64,000 nt of DNA, taken from IMG/VR virus record IMGVR_UViG_3300033407_000002, positions 1 through 64,000 of that record; one strand, 5' to 3'. This document shows, in pieces, positions 31,816 to 40,568 of this stretch (positions within the stretch are counted from its first letter, which is position 1; the number at the start of each line of letters is the position of its first letter). Both the position numbers and the translations under genes were made by a program. This DNA comes from a virus. The notes beneath the pieces are model-generated. The model had not been told where the DNA came from. It was given only the letters and a program-made list of their open reading frames with translations, and made no database searches.

Positions 31816-31846
31816 ACCCGACGACCGCAAAAAACACTCAAGTCGC
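31816..31846 (-). promoter_or_regulatory. promoter-like motif GCGACt-N18-GTC (copy 8, weaker)
   Basis: Minus strand: GCGACT TGAGTGTTTTT TGCGGTC GTCGGGT; 40 nt upstream of ATG 31776. Confidence 0.4.
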
Positions 31847-32446
31847 CAGCTCGTAAAACCCTTCAAACCATATCACAGGATCGGACAATGTCACCGGCTC
31901 GTTCAGCATCGCCGCTTCCATGCTCCCGAATAATTTCAAAAGCATTTCGATCATTGCGATAATCTGCGGCATCTTCTCAATGAGTAAATCGATCAACTCC
32001 CGTAGCTTATCGGGGTCTATCTGCGCATCGACGGAGGCAACTGACATACCACCTTCGTTCACGAAATCTAGGCATTGCTCCTCCACCGCTGAGCGTATCG
32101 CTGGCCTCACTGCCATTGTCAATCGCGACAGGAGCTTCTTTCCAAATGGCTCGTTGCTCTCCCGAATCGCTTGCTGCACCGCACCTGAGAACGTCATTCG
32201 ATTCCGGCCGAATATCGCGGTCGCATCCACATCCGTCGTCGTCTCCGCAGATTCAGCAGGCTCGGATCGAGCAGATAAAAGAGCCACTTGCTTCCTGTTG
32301 GCTTCGCATTGCGGACAAGGACATTCGACATGCCGAGCGACCCTGTCAGCTTGCACCCCCTGAGCGTCAACCGCCTGAGCCTTAACCGACTCGCCAAGCG
32401 AACCGATCAGTAAACACGCGCACAGAACACCTATCAAACCACGCAT
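31838..32446 (-). CDS. secreted protein (signal peptide)
   Basis: 202 aa; MRGLIGVLCACLLIGSLGESVKAQA; CPCPQC motif after the signal peptide. Confidence 0.55.
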   Translation of the reverse strand: MRGLIGVLCACLLIGSLGESVKAQAVDAQGVQADRVARHVECPCPQCEANRKQVALLSARSEPAESAETTTDVDATAIFGRNRMTFSGAVQQAIRESNEPFGKKLLSRLTMAVRPAIRSAVEEQCLDFVNEGGMSVASVDAQIDPDKLRELIDLLIEKMPQIIAMIEMLLKLFGSMEAAMLNEPVTLSDPVIWFEGFYELAT

Positions 32447-32471
32447 GAAAAACCCCTTTGATTTTGTTGGA

Positions 32472-33182
32472 TCACTCTTTAACCGCTAAAAAATAAGTAA
32501 GCGTCTGGCCATCAACCTGCCTCTGAACGCGGCTCGCGTCCACATGACTCGGCAGCCGATGCCCCAGCGAAACCACTCTGGTCCCTGACTTGATTTTCGG
32601 CCAAGCGGCTTCAATCAATTCCGGGAATAGGAACATCGTCACAACGTCTGCATCAAATGCCGGCGTGTCCAGAATATCGCGCTCCAGCACGAGCACCCTA
32701 TCCGTCACGCCAGCCTCTATCGCATTGGCTCTTGCGAGTTTCGCTGACTCGGGATTCAACTCCAGACCAACCGCCTGTACCCCATAGCGCACCGCCGCTG
32801 CAATCAGAATCCGTCCATCGCCGCAACCCAAATCAACCAGCAACTCTCCCGGCTCGGGCGACACAATCGCCAACATCGCATCGACGGCACCCTTGGGTGA
32901 AGGTTCCAGTCTCGTATCGGCCAGCGGATTGTGTACCGGCTTCACGGCCTCGGGAAGCCGAGTCTCTCGCCGCTCGGCCTTCGTCACAACCGGCGTAAAC
33001 AACCACTGTTGTCTCTGCGCGGCCAACATCGTTTCGATCCTGTTGCACATCTCGCACCACGGATTCGAGCAGACTCGCGACGTATAAGTACCTCTCCCGT
33101 ATCGCACCGACTGGGCGTGGCCGACGCTGGCGCAGTCTCCCGCGATCACGAGAGCGATCAGTGCCGACAGGAACCTATTCAT
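32472..33182 (-). CDS. class I SAM-dependent methyltransferase carrying an N-terminal signal peptide
   Basis: MNRFLSALIALVIAGDCASVGHAQ, then a Cys motif CSNPWCEMC, then SAM motif I LLVDLGCGDGRI and the post-I segment VGLELN. Confidence 0.7.
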   Translation of the reverse strand: MNRFLSALIALVIAGDCASVGHAQSVRYGRGTYTSRVCSNPWCEMCNRIETMLAAQRQQWLFTPVVTKAERRETRLPEAVKPVHNPLADTRLEPSPKGAVDAMLAIVSPEPGELLVDLGCGDGRILIAAAVRYGVQAVGLELNPESAKLARANAIEAGVTDRVLVLERDILDTPAFDADVVTMFLFPELIEAAWPKIKSGTRVVSLGHRLPSHVDASRVQRQVDGQTLTYFLAVKE

Positions 33183-33364
33183 TCTCCTCCTCCCGCTTCC
33201 CGCTCATCGTCCTGTAGTCGCGAAAACCGATCGAACAATAATGCCACGCGCACGACGAGCAATGCCGGAAACGCGATGGCCAAAACGGAATAAGCCACGG
33301 CACCAACGGCCAGCGACACGAGTGCGATTTTAATCATCTGGCAAGCTCCCAGTCCCAGCCCCAA
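33179..33364 (-). CDS. small membrane protein
   Basis: 61-aa track ORF with 2 hydrophobic segments. The start is uncertain (alternative ATG 33337). Confidence 0.4.
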   Translation of the reverse strand: MGLGLGACQMIKIALVSLAVGAVAYSVLAIAFPALLVVRVALLFDRFSRLQDDEREAGGGE

Positions 33365-33368
33365 ATGT

Positions 33369-33602
33369 TCATAAAACCCTACTACCTACCGCCGCCGCGA
33401 CTTCGACTACATTCAGAAACCAAAATAAATACCACTGCCACTTGCGTTCCTGATGCCACCATGCAACAGCTAACCCACCCATAAACAAATGGGCTACGTC
33501 AACATAAACATGTAACCACGAAAAGGCTTCTGGCTCCACTTCAAACGCTAGCCATATTCGCGATGCAGCCAAGACTAATCCGAAGGCTATTGTTGGTACC
33601 AT
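33369..33602 (-). CDS. small membrane protein
   Basis: Track ORF 33369..33698 trimmed to ATG 33602 (MVPTIAFGLVLAASRIW...); TGATG overlap with the upstream stop. Confidence 0.45.
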   Translation of the reverse strand: MVPTIAFGLVLAASRIWLAFEVEPEAFSWLHVYVDVAHLFMGGLAVAWWHQERKWQWYLFWFLNVVEVAAAVGSRVL

Positions 33603-34348
33603 CACAGCCCCTTTGCAGCCGCGCGCATGATCGCCAAATACGGCCCCGTCTCGGTCGGATTCACCTGATTGATCGCCGCCGCAATGTGCCGTCTCCAACC
33701 CTCAAGCCAATCCGTACTTGGCACCGTGCGCGTTAGCATCACCCGCTCTATCTCCGCGACTATCGCCTGCTTGGCCTCCGCAAGATTCGGACACAAGCCG
33801 CGACTGCACAACTCTTCGAGCCTTTCGCACGTTCCATCGATTGCAGTCTTCAGTCTCGCGGCAGTGGTCGGATCGTTCAGTTCCGCCGATCTCTCTGAAC
33901 TGATCTTTGTTACCCAGTCGAGTTCGGGCACTGGTGGCGGAGGCGGAGGAGGAGGTGGCGGTGGCGGTGGCGGATCAGGCTTACCTTCGATCTCGACCGT
34001 AATCCAGATCGGCAGCCCCTCCCCGCGTTGCGACACGTAAAACCGCTGGCCAGATTCCCCGCGAATCAGAAACTGACCAGGCCGGAATTCCTCGTGCACG
34101 GTCGGCGGAAACGGAGCTGCAACATCATGCACCTCGATCCACTTGACGCCTGGCAACGCATCCAGCAGCACCCCGCGACCCTGCTTCTCCGATAGCTCCT
34201 CGACGAGAATCACCACGCCATCACCATCGGGCGTTACCGTGGCATGCCTGGCGGACAGGAACGTAACCTGATACTGTCCTTCGACCCCAAAAGCCGATGC
34301 AAACAGCGATGCAACCAGAACAATCGCAGAGAAGCCGACTCGTATCAT
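33602..34348 (-). CDS. secreted protein with a 14-residue poly-proline linker
   Basis: Trimmed to ATG 34348 (ATGA overlap with the protease stop). Signal peptide MIRVGFSAIVLVASLFASAFG. The P14 tract is encoded at 33932-33973. Confidence 0.6.
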   Translation of the reverse strand: MIRVGFSAIVLVASLFASAFGVEGQYQVTFLSARHATVTPDGDGVVILVEELSEKQGRGVLLDALPGVKWIEVHDVAAPFPPTVHEEFRPGQFLIRGESGQRFYVSQRGEGLPIWITVEIEGKPDPPPPPPPPPPPPPPVPELDWVTKISSERSAELNDPTTAARLKTAIDGTCERLEELCSRGLCPNLAEAKQAIVAEIERVMLTRTVPSTDWLEGWRRHIAAAINQVNPTETGPYLAIMRAAAKGL

Positions 34349-35289
34349 GTGCCACTTCCCCCGGTAGTTTTTGCAAGAATCCAAGTGATGATATTTTTCG
34401 ACACGATCACTACCCCGTCTCCGAAACGCGGATCGCGACCAACCGGCCCCGCGTCCTTAAGGAACTCTTCGGAGCGCAAGAACGCGACCAGCTCGCGCAT
34501 GCCCATGTAGACGTCCATTCCGAGCTGCTTCATCGCTTGCCGAAGCAACAGCAAATCTCCAGCGGCTGTAGGTGACGCCATGCTCGTTCCTGACATCAGC
34601 ACAAGATCGTTATTCAGGCCGCACGAAATGATTCCACCGCCACCTGCGGCTAAGTCAATCGCCGGTCCACCACTGGAAAATCCCGACAAAGAACCGTCTT
34701 GGTTCGTCGAACTGACCGCTACATTCGTCGGACTGATCGCCGGCGCAATCACCGTATTGGATCCGTTGAACCCCGAATTACCACCCGAAAACAACAGCCA
34801 CTTGCCGGACTCAACGATGCGTTTCATCGCCCTCTCTGTTCCGGAATCAACGGACTGCCCGCCGCCCCAGGAACAGTTCACTACATCGCCTTCTTGATCC
34901 GCTGCCCAGTCCAGACCGGCAATCGTGTTGGAACCGCTGCCGTTATCCCCGAGTACCTTACCGACCTTGATTCCAGCTCCGGGAGCACCACCAATTCCAT
35001 TCCGACCGGCCATACTGCCGATGGTATGAACGCCATGGGAGTGCCTATCCGTGATGTTCGACGAACCGCCGCCGGTGAAATTCTTGCCGTCCAGCGGCTC
35101 GGGCAACGACGGATGAGCTTTCCATCCCGTATCGAGACTAATGCCGATACATCCGCGCCCATCGATCCCCGCATCCCACACCGGTTGCATCAGCGCCGGC
35201 GGCCGGGTCCATGGCGTTGCGCCCTGCATGACCATGACGTTCGTGTGAACGTACGTATCCGGCGGGACCCCGTAAATCGGCTGAGTCAT
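34345..35289 (-). CDS. subtilisin-like serine protease (peptidase S8)
   Basis: Catalytic triad motifs GISLDTG (Asp), HSHGVHTIGSMAG (His) and GTSMASPTAAG (Ser), plus the oxyanion-region NCSWGGG; 314 aa. No obvious signal peptide. Confidence 0.85.
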   Translation of the reverse strand: MTQPIYGVPPDTYVHTNVMVMQGATPWTRPPALMQPVWDAGIDGRGCIGISLDTGWKAHPSLPEPLDGKNFTGGGSSNITDRHSHGVHTIGSMAGRNGIGGAPGAGIKVGKVLGDNGSGSNTIAGLDWAADQEGDVVNCSWGGGQSVDSGTERAMKRIVESGKWLLFSGGNSGFNGSNTVIAPAISPTNVAVSSTNQDGSLSGFSSGGPAIDLAAGGGGIISCGLNNDLVLMSGTSMASPTAAGDLLLLRQAMKQLGMDVYMGMRELVAFLRSEEFLKDAGPVGRDPRFGDGVVIVSKNIITWILAKTTGGSGT

Positions 35290-35320
35290 GCGCGTTTAAA
35301 CCCCTAAACGAAGATGATCG

Positions 35321-35677
35321 CTACGAAAGCTTTTCCAGCAGCAACCGAATCAACTTCTGTAGCAGTGCCACAGCCACCGGATTCATTGCCGCCGATGCTG
35401 CAACCTCATCCGCTCGCGGCGCGTATAGCACCGACTCCAGAGCCGCCGAACATCCCTCGATCGTGTCGGGCGTTGCCGTCGCTACTGCCTCCATTGCCGT
35501 CACCGGCTCCTCTGGCGTCTGCTCTAGATACTCGCCGAGACTCCCCAGCGCGCAGCCGCTGTGCTTGAGGACATCGGCCTTGCGAGCGAGAAAGTCGCCC
35601 GACCTGGCGATCTTGATCAGTTCCAGCGCGCAACTGACCTGCAGAACGGCCGCAAACTTACAGGGGCACTCGGTCAT
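35321..35677 (-). CDS. hypothetical protein
   Basis: 118-aa track ORF. Confidence 0.5.
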   Translation of the reverse strand: MTECPCKFAAVLQVSCALELIKIARSGDFLARKADVLKHSGCALGSLGEYLEQTPEEPVTAMEAVATATPDTIEGCSAALESVLYAPRADEVAASAAMNPVAVALLQKLIRLLLEKLS

Positions 35678-35796
35678 TTAGGATTCCCTTTTGCGATAAG
35701 TCGCTTGAGCAGCACCTCACGCATCGCCGCGGCCTTAGCCCGGTCGGCGCGCCGGATCTTCCGGATCCGCTCAAGCGTTTTCTTTGGTAGCTTCAT
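35674..35796 (-). CDS. small basic protein (40 aa)
   Basis: Track ORF 35674..35913 trimmed to ATG 35796 (MKLPKKTLERIRKIRRADRAKAAAMREVLLKRLIAKGNPK). Confidence 0.35.
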   Translation of the reverse strand: MKLPKKTLERIRKIRRADRAKAAAMREVLLKRLIAKGNPK

Positions 35797-35839
35797 GCGG
35801 TCCAAGTGACGACCGCCGCGCGACAATCGCAAGCCCACG

Positions 35840-36082
35840 CTAGCCGTGCGGTCGCAAATCAACGACCGACCACATGCCGGCGTGCCGCTGCCTACCCCGC
35901 TCGATCCGGACATAGACCATGTCCGGCAGTAGAGAATGACCGGCTACGGTGCCGATCGATCGGATCATCGAAAGATTGCCGGGAGTTCGGCGAACATATA
36001 CCTGCTCACCGACCCCCGGAATCCGATCACTTGCGGGCGACAAGAATGCCCGCTGTCGTGCTGTTCTTGCGGCCACGCTCAA
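35840..36082 (-). CDS. hypothetical protein
   Basis: 80 aa; TTG start overlapping the upstream TGA (TTGA). Confidence 0.4.
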   Translation of the reverse strand: MSVAARTARQRAFLSPASDRIPGVGEQVYVRRTPGNLSMIRSIGTVAGHSLLPDMVYVRIERGRQRHAGMWSVVDLRPHG

Positions 36083-36957
36083 CCCACCAATTCGTATTCG
36101 TACTCCTGGAATTCAACCGGCTCCTGTCCCGGTAGACTCACGATAGCCACGTTGTCATCCCGGACCGTCGCTTCGTACGTATCGCCCGGCTGAAGACTGT
36201 CCGACTGGCCAGCGAAGGTCATGATCTTGATCTTCTTGGTTTCGGCCGGCATCTCTCCCGGTTCAGCCCGGTGCTCGGCAGCCGTACTCGGCAACTGCTG
36301 AACAAGCTTGGCAATCGCCGCGCCTCCGAGCCCCTTGATGGACGCGAACCCCTTGGGGTAGTTCTTCCAGTTCCCGTTGCCCAGGTCTACTAGATCGGCC
36401 ATCGTCAAGGCCCCGGTATTGGCAAGCAGGCCCTTCTGACGCTCGGTCAAGTCGAGCGCCTTGATATCGGTCGGTAGCGGCAACGCCTGGTCCTTCTTGG
36501 TCTCCACCTTCGGAGGATCCTCAACGACTTCAAAGTCCGCATCGATCGCTTCGCCGTATCCCTCCTCGTCCTCAAGGTCGTTGGTACCGACCGCTTCACC
36601 GCGCACACCCTGCCGGACCTCCCGCTTGTCCTGCCGCTGAATCGCACGCTTAACCTCTTCGGCTTCGTCCTCATCGTCCTCCGGCTCGTCCTCCTCATCC
36701 GGCTCATCCTCGCTGGCAAACGGAAGCCTTCCCTGCGGATCCGGCTTGGGCGGTCCGCCGGAAATCAGGTCGTTGAGATCCGCCGACAGCGTATCCATCG
36801 CCTTCTTCTTTTCGAGCGACTTATCCCGCGCATACAGGTAATCGGTCCGGGCCTGCTCCACATGATGGCTCAACGCCCGGATCTGCTGCAAGAACTCATG
36901 CTCTTTTTCGAGTGCCTCCAGTTTCGCCTTGGGCACTTCAATCGTCGGTATATCCAT
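36079..36957 (-). CDS. acidic protein with an alpha-CTD-like / helix-hairpin-helix segment
   Basis: Trimmed to ATG 36957 (MDIPTIEVPK...). Coiled-coil N-terminus, an Asp/Glu-rich linker, then LDLTERQKGLLANTGALTMADLVDL...IKGLGGAAIAKLVQQL. Confidence 0.55.
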   Translation of the reverse strand: MDIPTIEVPKAKLEALEKEHEFLQQIRALSHHVEQARTDYLYARDKSLEKKKAMDTLSADLNDLISGGPPKPDPQGRLPFASEDEPDEEDEPEDDEDEAEEVKRAIQRQDKREVRQGVRGEAVGTNDLEDEEGYGEAIDADFEVVEDPPKVETKKDQALPLPTDIKALDLTERQKGLLANTGALTMADLVDLGNGNWKNYPKGFASIKGLGGAAIAKLVQQLPSTAAEHRAEPGEMPAETKKIKIMTFAGQSDSLQPGDTYEATVRDDNVAIVSLPGQEPVEFQEYEYELVG

Positions 36958-36970
36958 TTCATCCTCGTAA

Positions 36971-37519
36971 TTAAATAATGACCCGAAGGTCGGGCTGAAG
37001 TGTTCGATCTGACTTCCCGAAGAGCGTCCATGGCACCTCGACCCCATGCCGCGCGCAGTCGTCGCGACTCAGTGAACGAAGGTCCGCCGATAGAAACTCC
37101 CGCCATATTTCCATTTCGGGATGAACTGGCATCGCGTACGTTATGGCCGCCTCCTCTTTCGTTTTGAGTATTCTGGCATTCCAGTGGAATAGAAAAAAAC
37201 ACCGCACGTCGTAGAGCGATTTATCAAACATGTAGTTGAGCTGCCGCCGCCGACTACCCCGAGTCTCATCGCGGTACGGCGCAAGATTGAAACTCGCCTG
37301 ACTGCATACCTTGCAGTCGAAGCAGACCGGCACCGGCCCCCTGAACACCCCCTCGAAGTCCGGGCGCGAGGGAATCACCTGCCACTCGCCGCCACTCCGC
37401 ATCGTGGCCTGCACGCCTGAGCGGCGAATGTCGGCGATCTTATTCTGCCGGTACTTCTGCAGCCGGTCCTGAACGATACCCTCAAACTCGGTACCGCTAA
37501 GCTTCGTCATCGTCGTCAT
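36971..37519 (-). CDS. PD-(D/E)XK nuclease, RecU/Holliday-junction-resolvase-like
   Basis: Trimmed to ATG 37519, preceded by GGGAGGAGGGGAG. The core reads PDFEGV...VCFDCKV. Sits next to the RecT/exonuclease module. Confidence 0.6.
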   Translation of the reverse strand: MTTMTKLSGTEFEGIVQDRLQKYRQNKIADIRRSGVQATMRSGGEWQVIPSRPDFEGVFRGPVPVCFDCKVCSQASFNLAPYRDETRGSRRRQLNYMFDKSLYDVRCFFLFHWNARILKTKEEAAITYAMPVHPEMEIWREFLSADLRSLSRDDCARHGVEVPWTLFGKSDRTLQPDLRVII

Positions 37520-38336
37520 CACTCCCCTCCTCCCGCTCGCGGTCCGCGATGATATCCCGGTATTCGTACCGCTCGATCTCGCCACAGCCCTCCGCCTGAA
37601 GGATAGGACTCGGAAAACCCGCCGGCGTTAGCCCGATAACGTAAACATGTCGGCCAATACTTGTTCGGCTGAGCATCCACAGAACATCCACCGCCCGGTC
37701 CATGATCTTCGTATCGCCCCAACAGGCTATGGACTTATCGCAGTACCGTGTCATCCACCGCAGCCAGAGCATGCCGACTCCCGTTACCGGATAGGACAGC
37801 CGCTTGACTTCCGACTCGGCCAGTACGCGCGCACTGAACAGACTGCCGACCGCCACGAACGACGCGCCGCGCGATTCGGCATGCTTTCGAATAGCCGACA
37901 ATTCCCGGTCGGTCGTCTCGCTTTCACCAAAGCTATCGCGGTAACCCGCCGCTGCGGTAATGTAATGCAGCTTCTCGCCATGTCCACCCAGATGGATCCA
38001 TACGCAGTACCGATGGCGCCGGCCCTCTGGGTCCTTGCCAACCACCGCGCCAAACCGCTCATCGCCCACTACGCGATAGTCCACACGCTCATATGCGTAC
38101 TGCGCATCGCCCGCATCGCCGCCGATCCACAGAGCCTGACCGCGACCCAGCCGTTCGATAATGGCCGCTATCTTCTCCGGACTTCCTGGCGGCGACTCGA
38201 CCGGTCTTGGCAATCGCGTCGCCTCATAGCCAAGATCGTCCCCGAAAGCTTTAGACCACTCGAACACGTTTTGAGGGAACCGAATTAGTCCCTTGCGTTT
38301 GCCCATGCGTTGCACTACTCCACACATGTCATTCAA
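37497..38336 (-). CDS. hypothetical protein (possibly DUF1643-like)
   Basis: 279 aa. YCVWIHLGG...TDRELSAIRKHAESRGASFVAVGSLFSAR is loosely DUF1643-like. Poly-Asp C-terminus. Confidence 0.55.
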   Translation of the reverse strand: MNDMCGVVQRMGKRKGLIRFPQNVFEWSKAFGDDLGYEATRLPRPVESPPGSPEKIAAIIERLGRGQALWIGGDAGDAQYAYERVDYRVVGDERFGAVVGKDPEGRRHRYCVWIHLGGHGEKLHYITAAAGYRDSFGESETTDRELSAIRKHAESRGASFVAVGSLFSARVLAESEVKRLSYPVTGVGMLWLRWMTRYCDKSIACWGDTKIMDRAVDVLWMLSRTSIGRHVYVIGLTPAGFPSPILQAEGCGEIERYEYRDIIADREREEGSDDDDDEA

Positions 38337-38499
38337 GCCACGTTTCTCATTGCAGTAAAGACCAGCGCGAGACTGAAGCCCAGTTCCGGATGACGGCTGT
38401 CCACGTAGACGCGCCGTATCGCCATCCCCACATAACTAGGCCAGAAAACGTAGATGAACGTGTGACCTCCCGAGATAAATGAGATCCCTTCCTTGCGAC

Positions 38500-39609
38500 T
38501 CATAGCGCCGCCCGGCGGCTATCAACGGCTCGCTCGAGGAACCTCTTTTCGTCGGGCCCGAGCGACTTGGATTTCTTGATCGACAGCCGGACGATCTCGA
38601 GATCCTCTTCGGAATCGCATGCATCCACTCGCCGGCGGAAGTCGCCGATGATATCCGGCTCATCGTCCGCCACTTGACTTACGTGCTGGTCCGCTGCCTT
38701 CTCAGTCGTCTTCTCGACCGACTTATCAGCGGCCTTGTCCTGCGGCTTATCCTTCCCCGTTTCCGCCGCCTCTTCCTTGCGGTCCCCTTTACCACTCTCA
38801 GCCTGCCGCTGATCCCTGTTCGCCTTCTTCTTTTCCAGATCGTCAGTTAGTCCGTCCATGTCGGTATCGACTTGCGGCTGCTTGGGTACCGCCACTACGA
38901 AATCCGCATCGACCGTATACGCCTCTCCCATGTCCGCCGCGTTGCTGGCATCGATCGCCGCCTGAAGCTCGATCGACTTGGGTAGGTACTTGAGCACCTG
39001 AAGCAGCGCCACTTTGCGCGCGTACATCTCCCAGTTGTTCTCATTCGCGTACGAGTAATGCTTCTTCCCGACCTTGTTGTACCTGTCTCGATGTGTGACC
39101 ACCGACGGCATATTCCACACTTCGATGATTGGCCAGTCGCCCCCCTTGCTCCGACCGATCGCGTAGACGTGCGTGATCTTGTCCTTCGATCCGCATGGCT
39201 TGTGCTTCAGGAACGGCGAATCCCCAAGCTCGCAGTCATACCAGTCCCCGTCGTAAATGGCACCAGTCCAAGCACTGCCTCGACCACTGCGATTGAGCAG
39301 TTCAATCAGTCCCATCCACCCCGGAACGAACGTCGCCGTTGTCCCGTACGGCACAATCCAGCCCTGACCGCCTACCCCAATCTCCAGCCCCATCTGTGAA
39401 GCGACAATGACCGACGCAGCCACCGATTCAAACGTGCATAAATGCAGTTTGGGCTCGGCACTGAACGCCGTCAGTGCCAGCCGAGCCATGCGATCGGGTG
39501 TCATGTGCTTGGGTAGCACTAGACCGATCTGCTTCTTGAGCGTCTCCAAGTGATTGCTGAGCAGTGTCAGCGCGTTCTTCGGTTTCGGTTCCTGAGCTGT
39601 TGCGACCAT
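38500..39609 (-). CDS. recT: RecT-family single-strand annealing recombinase
   Basis: PDRMARLALTAFSAEPKLHLCTFESVAASVIVASQMGLEIG...GWIVPYG...FVPGWMGLIELLNRSG is a typical RecT core. The C-terminal tail is Lys/Asp-rich. Confidence 0.85.
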   Translation of the reverse strand: MVATAQEPKPKNALTLLSNHLETLKKQIGLVLPKHMTPDRMARLALTAFSAEPKLHLCTFESVAASVIVASQMGLEIGVGGQGWIVPYGTTATFVPGWMGLIELLNRSGRGSAWTGAIYDGDWYDCELGDSPFLKHKPCGSKDKITHVYAIGRSKGGDWPIIEVWNMPSVVTHRDRYNKVGKKHYSYANENNWEMYARKVALLQVLKYLPKSIELQAAIDASNAADMGEAYTVDADFVVAVPKQPQVDTDMDGLTDDLEKKKANRDQRQAESGKGDRKEEAAETGKDKPQDKAADKSVEKTTEKAADQHVSQVADDEPDIIGDFRRRVDACDSEEDLEIVRLSIKKSKSLGPDEKRFLERAVDSRRAAL

Positions 39610-40520
39610 TACCCCACCCTTACTTTCCCGTTGTGCGGCTTGAGCTTGCGCTTGCCACCGCGATTTGATTTGAAACTAAACCACTGACCACCAGAGGTAA
39701 CTAGAAATTCCGCGCCTTCCGCCTCTTGAACAAGACGATTGCGGCAGCGCTCCAGCGCCCGTGAGTCCGACTCGATTGACTGCTCGAGCGTTAGCATTTC
39801 GGCGACTAACCCACTGGCTCGCTCGTCTAGGTGCGCGGCGTCCATCGGCACTACTGGATAGACTCTTTTTAAGGCTTCGTGTGTCGCGTCGGAATCATCA
39901 ATTGGCGGTTCGACACCGCCAACCACGTACGCCCAGAACTGCGAATACTCCTCAAGCATCGCGCTGATCAACCCGTCATGCCGTTTGACGGGGACTACAT
40001 GGATATCGAATCCGTGGAGACCGACCAGATATCCCTTACTCCAGCCGGTTACCGCCAATTGGTGCTGAACTTGGATCGAGTTCTTTAGCGGCGCTTTGCC
40101 CGATTTCGAATCCCAGTGCCGCCCCATCCAGCCCGATAAATTCTTGAACTCCAATACAACAGGTTCGCCTTCCTCAGTCATCCAGGCATCGAGCGAAGCG
40201 GTCAGATACGGTAGTTTTATATTGCGCCGGTAACTGTAGTCCGGATCAAACTGGATATCCCAACCGCGCTCAAGTCGGCACAGTCCGGCTATGTATGGCT
40301 CGGCCAATTTGCCTTTCTCGAACATGCGAAGCGTCTCTGCGGTACGCTCCGGCGAAAGACCTTTGCTTTTTTCGGCCCAGAGCGCATACCAACTAGACGA
40401 CGCAGCGTAGCCATGACCAAGGAGACCTGGACCGTCGCTAGATCCGATCGACGCGGCCCTACCATTTAACCATTGCGACTGGTCGCTGTGCTTTACGATG
40501 ATGCTGGATTCGGTCGCCAT
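39609..40520 (-). CDS. YqaJ-like viral recombinase exonuclease
   Basis: N-terminal WLNGRAASIGSSDGPGLLG and ...EKGKLAEPYI...; 1-nt overlap with the recT start. Classic exo/annealase pair. Confidence 0.8.
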   Translation of the reverse strand: MATESSIIVKHSDQSQWLNGRAASIGSSDGPGLLGHGYAASSSWYALWAEKSKGLSPERTAETLRMFEKGKLAEPYIAGLCRLERGWDIQFDPDYSYRRNIKLPYLTASLDAWMTEEGEPVVLEFKNLSGWMGRHWDSKSGKAPLKNSIQVQHQLAVTGWSKGYLVGLHGFDIHVVPVKRHDGLISAMLEEYSQFWAYVVGGVEPPIDDSDATHEALKRVYPVVPMDAAHLDERASGLVAEMLTLEQSIESDSRALERCRNRLVQEAEGAEFLVTSGGQWFSFKSNRGGKRKLKPHNGKVRVG

Positions 40521-40537
40521 GTGTTTTGCTCCACATA

Positions 40538-40568
40538 CTACGACCGATTTTCTGCGAGCTTATGTCAC
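40538..40568 (-). promoter_or_regulatory. promoter-like motif GtGACA-N18-GTC (copy 9)
   Basis: Minus strand: GTGACA TAAGCTCGCAG AAAATCG GTCGTAG; 18 nt upstream of ATG 40520, with GGAG in between. Confidence 0.5.
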
